DNA of 18,908 nt from Pseudomonadota bacterium (GTDB taxonomy: Bacteria > Bdellovibrionota_B > Oligoflexia > Oligoflexales > RGVZ01): NCBI GenBank assembly GCA_041178085.1, contig JBEGVZ010000073.1:1-18908 (forward strand). Reading direction: 5' to 3'. Positions within the stretch are counted from its first letter, which is position 1, and each line of letters starts with the position of its first letter. Positions 7,933-14,980 of the stretch are shown here, piece after piece. The notes under the pieces were generated by a model. It searched no databases, had not been told where the DNA came from, and saw only the letters and a list, made by a program, of their open reading frames with translations. Both the position numbers and the translations under genes were made by a program.

Positions 7933-10152
7933 TCACCGGTCTGTCGGTGATGGTCCGCCCTTGCGCCGTCCGCGGGCAACAGGACGGGTGCCCTTCTCCT
8001 TGATCGAGTCGTGCTTCATGGCTTCTTCGTAAGGGATCGACTTTATGCCCTGCAAGCGGGCCATTTCGATGAAACCTTGCTGGCACCGCACGGGAGGCTC
8101 AGACAGTCCAGGCGACAAACGTTTGTAGGACCCATCCGGTTGCAATACGCGGGCCTTCACATTGTCTGCCAGATAGAGCGCCAGCAAATTATTGATGATT
8201 GCTTCACGGTAATCTGAGTCTTCCACCGGGAACATGACCTCTACACGTCGGTCCATGTTTCGCGGCATCCAATCAGCACTGGATAAATAAACCTCGCGGG
8301 CGCCACCTGCATGGAAAAAATAAATCCGGCTGTGCTCCAGAAACCGGTCCACGACTGAGATGACGTGAATTCTATCGCTAAGTCCCGGGACGCCGGGCAC
8401 AAGGCAGCAAATCCCCCGCACGATCAACTTTACTTCGACTCCGGCCAGGGAGGCTTCATAAAGCTTGTCGATCAGTTCCTTGTCCACAAGCGCATTCATT
8501 TTGGCAACGATCTGGGCTTTTGCGCCTTTTTTCGCTTCGTTGATCTCCCGTTGGATCATCTCGATGATCCTTGTCCGCAAGGCAATCGGCGCAAGAATGA
8601 TGCGTTTAAAAGAAGGCATCGACACTTTGCGCCGCAATTTGCTTTCACCGCTCAAGATGTTAAAGCCCGTCAGCAGGTTGAAGATGGTCGATACATCTTC
8701 CCCAATTGCCTCATTGGCGGTGAAGTAGGAAAGGTCGGTGTAAAGCTTGGCCGTGCTCGAGTTGTAGTTGCCGGTAGAAAGGTTTACGTACCTCACCAGG
8801 CGGCCGCTTTCGCGGCGGACCACGAGGATGAGCTTGGAGTGAGTCTTGATACCTACGAAGCCAAAGACCACATTGACGCCGGCTCGCTCCAGGCGCCGCG
8901 CCCAGGTGATATTGTTTTTTTCGTCAAAACGGGCCTTCAGTTCAACAACAGCGGTCACTTGCTTGCCGTTTTCTGCCGCCCGGATCAAGGCGTCGATGAT
9001 CGGTGAATCACCGGAAGTCCTGTAAAGCGTCTGTTTGATCGCCAGGACATTGGGGTCATGGGCGGCCTGTTGTAAAAACTCGATCGTCGGATAAAACGAG
9101 TCGAATGGATGATGAAGAAGCAGGTCTTCTTCAAGGATCAACGAAAAAATATCGTCCCGGGATTCCATCTGGCGCGGCAGGCGCGGGTTGAATGGCGGGT
9201 CTTTCAACTGGGGCAATGGCAGATGATAAAGCCCCATCAAGCCGCTGAGCATCAGGGGGCCCTGCTTGTAGTAAACGTCAGATGGGGAAATGCGCAGCTC
9301 GCGCATCAGCAGCCGCATAACATTTTCAGGAAGCTCGGCTGCCAGGTCCAGGCGCACAGCCTCCTGATGTTCCCGGCTGGTGACTTCCCGCTGCACGGAC
9401 TTGAGCAGGTCGACCACTTCATTCTCTAACAGTGTGTAGTCGAGGTTGCGGGTCACACGCATCGGGCAGGAACTGGCAATCTCGAATCCCATGAACAGAG
9501 CACCAAGGTTTTCTGCCACCAGATCCTCCAGGAGCACAAACCAGCGTTTGCCCTCCGGTGCGGACGGGACAGGAATAAGGCGCGACAAAACGCTCGGCAC
9601 TTCAACCAATCCAATGGGTGGAATATCGATCAGGGCTTCATTGGAGGCGTTCACCCCCTTGAACTGGACCAGAAGGTACAGGGCAAGATTGGTCAGAAAA
9701 GGGAAGGGATGTGCCGGGTCTACGGCCATCGGGGTCAGGACCGGAAAGACCTCTTTACTAAAGTAACCCTGAAGGAATTCCTTCTGATGCGTTTCCAGGG
9801 TTGTGAACGGCACGATCTCGATCTGGTTGTCCTTCAAACCTGGCAGGACCGTATCACGCAGGCACTTATACTTGCGCGCCACCAGACCAATCACGCGTTT
9901 CCGGATCCCGGCGAGGGTTTCCTCGCCAGTCAGGGAGTCGGGCGAATCCGCCGCCTGGATGTCTTCCTCAACCATTTTCTTGAGGCCGGCAACGCGCACC
10001 ATGAAGAACTCATCGAGGTTGCTGGTGAAAATCGAGATGAATTTCAGTTTCTCAAGGAGCGGAGTCTCCTGTGACTCCGCCTCTGAGAGCACGCGCTCGT
10101 TGAATTCAAGCCAGCTGAGGTCCCGGTTGAAATAGCGTGGTGTTTGACTCAC
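7933..10152 (-). CDS. ppk1: Polyphosphate kinase 1
   Basis: YFNRDLSWLEFNERVL, NLDEFFMVRVAG, DPAHPFPF, KQTLYRTS, ELKARFDE, KTHSK, STGNYN, RFLEHSR, SSADWMPRN. AGGAG RBS 9 nt upstream of the GTG. Confidence 0.97.
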   Translation of the reverse strand: MSQTPRYFNRDLSWLEFNERVLSEAESQETPLLEKLKFISIFTSNLDEFFMVRVAGLKKMVEEDIQAADSPDSLTGEETLAGIRKRVIGLVARKYKCLRDTVLPGLKDNQIEIVPFTTLETHQKEFLQGYFSKEVFPVLTPMAVDPAHPFPFLTNLALYLLVQFKGVNASNEALIDIPPIGLVEVPSVLSRLIPVPSAPEGKRWFVLLEDLVAENLGALFMGFEIASSCPMRVTRNLDYTLLENEVVDLLKSVQREVTSREHQEAVRLDLAAELPENVMRLLMRELRISPSDVYYKQGPLMLSGLMGLYHLPLPQLKDPPFNPRLPRQMESRDDIFSLILEEDLLLHHPFDSFYPTIEFLQQAAHDPNVLAIKQTLYRTSGDSPIIDALIRAAENGKQVTAVVELKARFDEKNNITWARRLERAGVNVVFGFVGIKTHSKLILVVRRESGRLVRYVNLSTGNYNSSTAKLYTDLSYFTANEAIGEDVSTIFNLLTGFNILSGESKLRRKVSMPSFKRIILAPIALRTRIIEMIQREINEAKKGAKAQIVAKMNALVDKELIDKLYEASLAGVEVKLIVRGICCLVPGVPGLSDRIHVISVVDRFLEHSRIYFFHAGGAREVYLSSADWMPRNMDRRVEVMFPVEDSDYREAIINNLLALYLADNVKARVLQPDGSYKRLSPGLSEPPVRCQQGFIEMARLQGIKSIPYEEAMKHDSIKEKGTRPVARGRRKGGPSPTDR

Positions 10153-10186
10153 GGGGACTCACTCCTGTCCGTTGCCGATGCCGCCC

Positions 10187-11056
10187 TCAACCGGGGGGCA
10201 GGCGCTGCGCATCTACCAGGTTTACAAAGGTTATGTACTCCAGTAGCCAGACCATGACCCCGGAAAGGAAAATGACAGGAAAGGTCAGCAGCATCACGAA
10301 AACAGACGAAGACATGAATGCAAGACCAAACACCAAGATCGCAGCAAATCCAACAACCCCGGAAAAAACGAGACGCGATACTATAATCGGGACAGGATTC
10401 CTAAAGACACTTGAAAATGCGACTTTCAATGCCTGGACAGGACCAAAATCCGTCAGGACGACACCTGCGATGGCAAGCAAAGGAATCTCGGCAACGAGAT
10501 ACGAAACCATGAAGCCTACGACTTGAAGTAAGACATCCAAGGAGTCCATGCCGCCACCGCCCATGTCAGCTGCGGCATCCTTGCGATTCATTTGTTGCAG
10601 CGCTTGGTTCAACAAAACCTCAGGATTGAATCCATTGGAACCCTTGAACAGGATGAGCGCCTGGATTCCTGCAATCACGATAAACGGCACCACGAACATC
10701 GCCATAAGACCAAGTATCTTCAGTGGTATCTGCTTCATGGGCTGGAAAATCAGCTTACCCCGGAATTCCCCACGGGACACAAAATGGTCGATCACCGCGA
10801 ACGGGCCGAAAAAAGAAACTGCGACCATCACAAACAAGGACGCGATCCCGGCGGGAAGCGCAAGTACTGGAAACAGGAACGCCGTCCCACCTGAAAAACC
10901 AAGCACAACAAATGCAAGAAAAAGAGGCAAAAACACAAGGACAGCGAGAAACTTGAATGGAGCCTTCCCCAGCAGCTTCAAGGATTCCGGGATCCACCCG
11001 ATCGCCTGGCTGACCGTCACACTGCGGATTTTGTAGTCTGGATTCACAGTCGTCAT
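10187..11056 (-). CDS. Integral membrane protein (BPSS1780/YciC-like, about 5-6 TM)
   Basis: Start moved to ATG 11056 (AAGGAG RBS at 11067-11072), which removes the overlap with sixA. Amphipathic N-terminus AIGWIPESLKLLGKAP and the GPVQALKVAFSSVFRNP motif are typical of this group. Confidence 0.7.
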   Translation of the reverse strand: MTTVNPDYKIRSVTVSQAIGWIPESLKLLGKAPFKFLAVLVFLPLFLAFVVLGFSGGTAFLFPVLALPAGIASLFVMVAVSFFGPFAVIDHFVSRGEFRGKLIFQPMKQIPLKILGLMAMFVVPFIVIAGIQALILFKGSNGFNPEVLLNQALQQMNRKDAAADMGGGGMDSLDVLLQVVGFMVSYLVAEIPLLAIAGVVLTDFGPVQALKVAFSSVFRNPVPIIVSRLVFSGVVGFAAILVFGLAFMSSSVFVMLLTFPVIFLSGVMVWLLEYITFVNLVDAQRLPPG

Positions 11057-11061
11057 GCTTT

Positions 11062-11592
11062 TCAAGCTCCTTCGCCCAGCAGGGCTTTTGGTGATGTCCA
11101 AGTTAAAAGCTCCGAATCTCCCTTGAGTACCGCAAACCCGGCCTTCTTCAACCCGACATTGAAGTTGATCCCGGAGTGCCAGCACAAAATCTCGTTTATA
11201 GACGGACCGTGACCAACCAGGACCACGACTTCTCCTGGATCGATATTTGCCTGCAAACGTTGCCAGGCATGCTTCCATTCCTGCCAGGGGCTGTCCTGAT
11301 TCAATTCAGGCACCAGCATCATTTGAGGAGGAGCCCCGGCACCATCCTTGGCGCCAGCGGCGGTTGACGCCACCAGCAAACGATCTGCAGTCTCTCTGGC
11401 GCGCAAATATTCGGACGACAGAATCAGGGTTGGTTTCCAAACAGAAACAAGATGATCACATACCTGTGAAGTAAGTTTTATCCCCTCAGGAGTCAAAGGA
11501 CGAAGCCGATCCTCCCTGCGCCACTCCGATGGCTCCACGGCAGGTCCGTGACGCATAAGAATCAAGTATTTCGGTTTTGACTTGTCCGTCAT
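11062..11592 (-). CDS. sixA: SixA-type histidine phosphatase
   Basis: LILMRHG, D..RPLTPEG, SSEYLRARETA, VLVGHGPSI and KKAG.AVL; short 176-aa form. Confidence 0.8.
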   Translation of the reverse strand: MTDKSKPKYLILMRHGPAVEPSEWRREDRLRPLTPEGIKLTSQVCDHLVSVWKPTLILSSEYLRARETADRLLVASTAAGAKDGAGAPPQMMLVPELNQDSPWQEWKHAWQRLQANIDPGEVVVLVGHGPSINEILCWHSGINFNVGLKKAGFAVLKGDSELLTWTSPKALLGEGA

Positions 11593-11610
11593 CTGCGGGG
11601 CTTCGGCACG

Positions 11611-13032
11611 TTACTCAAGCAACTTGAACGCAGTCGCAGCAAAAAAACCGAGCAGAGTCGCAAATCCGGTCACTGTCGGCCCACCCTCGTGCGCGGCCTC
11701 TGGCAACATGGTCGATGCCACCATCGTGAGCATGGCACCACCGGCAATCCCCTCGATCCCTGTCGCGATGGCAGGGTCCAGCGAGGAGCCAATCAGAACT
11801 CCTGCCGCTGCAGAGAGGGAACAAACGATGGCAAGGGCTGACCAAAGCCCTATGATTTTCTGTTTTGAAAAACCTTGGTCGCGCATCGTCAACGCTGCAG
11901 AAAGAGCTTCTGGAAAGTTGGATATGAACATCCCGCCGACCAGAGTCATCGGGATGATATCCCAAAAACCGACGCCACCGGGCTGAGATTGCTTGGTGAG
12001 CACTAGACTCAGCACACCTGTGCCGATGACAAAGGCTTCTGGCACTCCGTCGATCACATTGCCGAGCCAGATCGCCATGGGCGAACCATGAAACTCGTCA
12101 TGGGCCTTTTTGATATCCAACTTGGTAGGAGCGGAGGCACCCCGGGCCAGGGCATCAATGGCCCGCTCTGACCACTCACGCACGCGGGTGGCGCTTTCCA
12201 CATGGCGGGCTTTGATTTCGCCAAGGCGTTCAGCAGCAAGATCCCGACATGCCACGTCCAGTTCAGGAGAAAGACTGCGTAGCCGGTCAAAATCCACCTT
12301 CGACAGGGTCAATACTTCTGTCGGGATAGTCACAGTTGCACTCGCCGTGCGGGGGCTGCCTGTCAACAAAGCAATCTCGCCGATCACAGAACTGACACCC
12401 AGGGTCTTGAGATGCTCGCCGTTGTGCTTGAGATCGACCTCGCCGGACTTGACGAAGACCATGAAGTCGCCCTCATCGCCCTGATCAAAAATCATGTCAC
12501 CAGCCTGGTATGCGCGCTCCTTGACCGAATCCACCAGGTCTTGAACGGCATTGGGAGGAACTGCTCGCAGCAGTTCGACCTGCCCCAGAACACGCAACAC
12601 TTCTTCATTCCGTTTGTTCTTCTGGCGACTCAGATAAGCCATGGAAGTCGCATATTTGCGCAGAAATCCACCCTTTGCGTTCAACAACTGGTCCGCGAGG
12701 ATGAAAATCAAGCCACCGAGGATCCCGCCAGCGATCAAGGTCAGAAGATTTGTAACTGGATCACCACCATGCCCGCCAGCGGCAACTTGCCCGGCATCGT
12801 GAGAGGCTGCAACCACGTGGCGTGCGCGTTCCAGAGCTTCAACGTGGGGCGCAACCAGCTCAAGGGCAAGAGCACAAAACAGGGCCCCTGCACCGAACGC
12901 CGCCATTCCACCAATCATGACCCGACTGGGCGATAGAAAGAAGGAGGCAAACGCCCCAGCGGGGAGGGCAACGGCGGCAACGAATCCCAGACCTGCCGCC
13001 CACATTGCAACGGTCATCGTGGCGTGTTCCAT
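11611..13032 (-). CDS. ZIP (ZupT/GufA) family metal transporter with an internal cyclic-nucleotide-binding domain
   Basis: ZIP motifs AFGAGAL, IDGVPEA, ISNFPEA, AGGAML.M...MLPEA. cNMP domain IFDQGDEGD..FVKSGEV...GEIALLTGSPRTAS at about 12223-12588. GGAGG RBS at 13041-13045 supports ATG 13032. Confidence 0.88.
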   Translation of the reverse strand: MEHATMTVAMWAAGLGFVAAVALPAGAFASFFLSPSRVMIGGMAAFGAGALFCALALELVAPHVEALERARHVVAASHDAGQVAAGGHGGDPVTNLLTLIAGGILGGLIFILADQLLNAKGGFLRKYATSMAYLSRQKNKRNEEVLRVLGQVELLRAVPPNAVQDLVDSVKERAYQAGDMIFDQGDEGDFMVFVKSGEVDLKHNGEHLKTLGVSSVIGEIALLTGSPRTASATVTIPTEVLTLSKVDFDRLRSLSPELDVACRDLAAERLGEIKARHVESATRVREWSERAIDALARGASAPTKLDIKKAHDEFHGSPMAIWLGNVIDGVPEAFVIGTGVLSLVLTKQSQPGGVGFWDIIPMTLVGGMFISNFPEALSAALTMRDQGFSKQKIIGLWSALAIVCSLSAAAGVLIGSSLDPAIATGIEGIAGGAMLTMVASTMLPEAAHEGGPTVTGFATLLGFFAATAFKLLE

Positions 13033-13036
13033 GATG

Positions 13037-14239
13037 TCAGCCTCCACTTCGCATCTTTGTTTTCAAAATTTTCGCTGCCTCGGCGTACCCACCGTCGCTT
13101 CCATCAATGAAATGAACATGGTTGTTTGTAGAAGGAACAAGACAGGTCAATATCGCAGCTTTTGACGAGTGTTGCCCGTACCAGATCAAACCTTGTGCCT
13201 CAAGGTTATCACAGGCGCGCATGAATTCGCGGAGCCACTCCTTGCTGCAATCAACAACAAACTTGAGTGAGCCGTCAAACTTCAGAAAGTCTGTATTCTC
13301 GATCAATTCCCGGCGGTAACGACCACCGAAAAACTGTGGAAAAATTTTTCCAGCGACAAATAACGCACGGACCAGGACATTGGTCATGAGCAGCCCGGAG
13401 GCGTAGAGCATACGTGCGCCAAATCGCACACCATCGGCACGTGCCCTGGTTTCTGCCGCAAGCTTTGCTGGATTGAGGGTGAGCTTCAAGTCGCGGACGT
13501 CGATGGCATGCCGCGATTGCCCCGGGAAACTGCGCGAATCAAGAAAGCCATTCAATTCCTGCATGATTGCAGAACGCTGCGCCCCTTCAGCAACCCTGAA
13601 AACAATGATGAAGCACGATTTGAAACCTCGTTTACTGGGCAACGAATCCCAGCGGCACTGAAGCCCCGAAAGATCCATGTCCTCGATTCTGCCGGTTTCG
13701 CCCTCTGGAATGATGGCTCCCGATGGCAGACCACCGCGCTTCAATTGCTCCTCAGCAAGCCCCCATCCGGATCCGTATAATGATGCGAGATCGTTCATGG
13801 GGCTCAGTGTGTATTTATGAACCTGGAATTGGGTATCCTCATTGACCAGGGCTTCGACCGGAAAGGTGGCTACGCGGATCGACAGTCCGTAGGCAGAGTT
13901 CCCCATAGCTCTGACCGCCGCCAGGCCGCTCCGGAGGCGGGGGATGACGTGACCTGGAACCGCGATGGTGGCGCCATCGCCGCCGAAAACGAAAGGGATC
14001 GAGTTTGGCTGGGACAAGTTCCGGGCACAGGCGATGACAGCTGCGCCGAGCATGTTAACCTGCTTGTAACGGCCGTTTCGAATTGCCTCAGTAGACCCCT
14101 GAACATCGGCCACCACGACATGCCAGCCAGACGGCAGGCTTATTCCTGAACTGGCGACCGTGGCGTCCACGAAAGATGGCAGGGGCTTCAGCAGGTCATA
14201 AAAATCGGCATTTTCACCCGACAAATCAGACGTCGCCAT
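13037..14239 (-). CDS. DUF3095-like protein with nucleotidyl cyclase/palm-type motifs
   Basis: LPSGWHVVVADVQGST..I..GRYKQVNMLGA, PFVFGGDGAT, DLSGLQCRW, DFLKFDGSL, HVHFIDGSDGGYAEAAK match my recollection of DUF3095. Confidence 0.8.
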   Translation of the reverse strand: MATSDLSGENADFYDLLKPLPSFVDATVASSGISLPSGWHVVVADVQGSTEAIRNGRYKQVNMLGAAVIACARNLSQPNSIPFVFGGDGATIAVPGHVIPRLRSGLAAVRAMGNSAYGLSIRVATFPVEALVNEDTQFQVHKYTLSPMNDLASLYGSGWGLAEEQLKRGGLPSGAIIPEGETGRIEDMDLSGLQCRWDSLPSKRGFKSCFIIVFRVAEGAQRSAIMQELNGFLDSRSFPGQSRHAIDVRDLKLTLNPAKLAAETRARADGVRFGARMLYASGLLMTNVLVRALFVAGKIFPQFFGGRYRRELIENTDFLKFDGSLKFVVDCSKEWLREFMRACDNLEAQGLIWYGQHSSKAAILTCLVPSTNNHVHFIDGSDGGYAEAAKILKTKMRSGG

Positions 14240-14858
14240 TGCTGTCCATTCCAGCGGGCAAGTCGTCGCCAGTTACCAGGGCATGGACACTGCCAACACT
14301 GAGCTCCATAGCCTCAGCGATCTTTTTGAAGGATTTGCCGTCAGCTTTCATTGACCGTGCGAGGATCTGTTTCTCGCGTGTGAGCTTGGCAGGCGCCCCA
14401 AGTTTAACTCCACGCTTTTTGGCGGCCTCCAGGCCGGAACGCACACGCTGCACGATCGTCTCACGTTCAATCTCTGCAATCTCCGCGAAAGCAGCGAGCA
14501 TGGTCCGGCGAAACGGATTTGCGTGACCGAGGTTAAGGACAGGCTGGGTTACTGAGATAAATCCGACGCCGTACTCGTCCATCTCGAGCAAAGTCTTTAT
14601 GGCAACTGTGGCATTACGACTGAGGCGGTCCAGGCGGTAGACCACGATCGTGTCAATCTGCCGGTTGACTGCCATGTTCATGAGCTGCCGGTAACCGGGG
14701 CGGTTTTCGTGTTTTCCAGATATGCCCTCGTCCTCCAGGACGTGCACCTTGGACGGTTTCTTTGGCAGCTCAGACAACCATTTCTCCACAGTGTTCTTCT
14801 GGGAAGCAAGATCCTGCCTGTCTGTAGAAACCCGGTAATAGATTGCGATTTTATCCAT
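14226..14858 (-). CDS. Small serine recombinase (resolvase/invertase family) with C-terminal HTH
   Basis: IYYRVSTDRQ (catalytic Ser), DEGISG..RPG, RLDRLSR, AFAEIAEIERETIVQRVRSGL.AAK.RG..LG and HTH SFKKIAEAMELSVGSV. Confidence 0.93.
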   Translation of the reverse strand: MDKIAIYYRVSTDRQDLASQKNTVEKWLSELPKKPSKVHVLEDEGISGKHENRPGYRQLMNMAVNRQIDTIVVYRLDRLSRNATVAIKTLLEMDEYGVGFISVTQPVLNLGHANPFRRTMLAAFAEIAEIERETIVQRVRSGLEAAKKRGVKLGAPAKLTREKQILARSMKADGKSFKKIAEAMELSVGSVHALVTGDDLPAGMDSNGDV

Positions 14859-14864
14859 GATTTC

Positions 14865-14893
14865 AGGTTAACAAAAAGCGTCCGCGATTTAAA
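14865..14893 (-). promoter_or_regulatory. Putative sigma-70 promoter with extended -10, giving a leaderless transcript of the resolvase
   Basis: Minus strand reads TTTAAA-N17-TAACCT with TGn before the -10, then GAAATC and the ATG. No Shine-Dalgarno sequence. Confidence 0.5.
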
Positions 14894-14910
14894 GCTGCCC
14901 ACTGCGCCAC

Positions 14911-14937
14911 TCAAGGGAATCACGCCAGTTCCGACCT
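14911..14937 (+). promoter_or_regulatory. Putative sigma-28 (FliA)-type promoter
   Basis: TCAA(G)-N15-TCCGACCT versus consensus TAAA-N15-GCCGATAA; weakest of the three matches. Confidence 0.4.
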
Positions 14938-14980
14938 GACAGGAGGAAGCGGAGATCCACAAACCGACCGGGAGTCAAGG

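Noticed and set aside
11057..11278. 74-codon N-terminal extension of the membrane protein ORF
   Set aside because: Overlaps sixA in another frame; a better ATG with RBS exists at 11056.
11611..14858. Interpretation as a Pycsar/CBASS-like antiphage system (cyclase plus CNBD-TM effector beside a recombinase)
   Set aside because: The architecture is reminiscent, but the effector is a full ZIP with retained metal-site residues in a ppk1/sixA operon, and no other defence genes are present. Not supported, although a phage-challenge assay would test it.
14863..14939. TCAGGT/ACCTGA inverted repeat as an invertible promoter switch for the resolvase
   Set aside because: Only 6 bp and about 70 bp apart; Hin/Gin-type sites are about 26 bp. 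Expected by chance.
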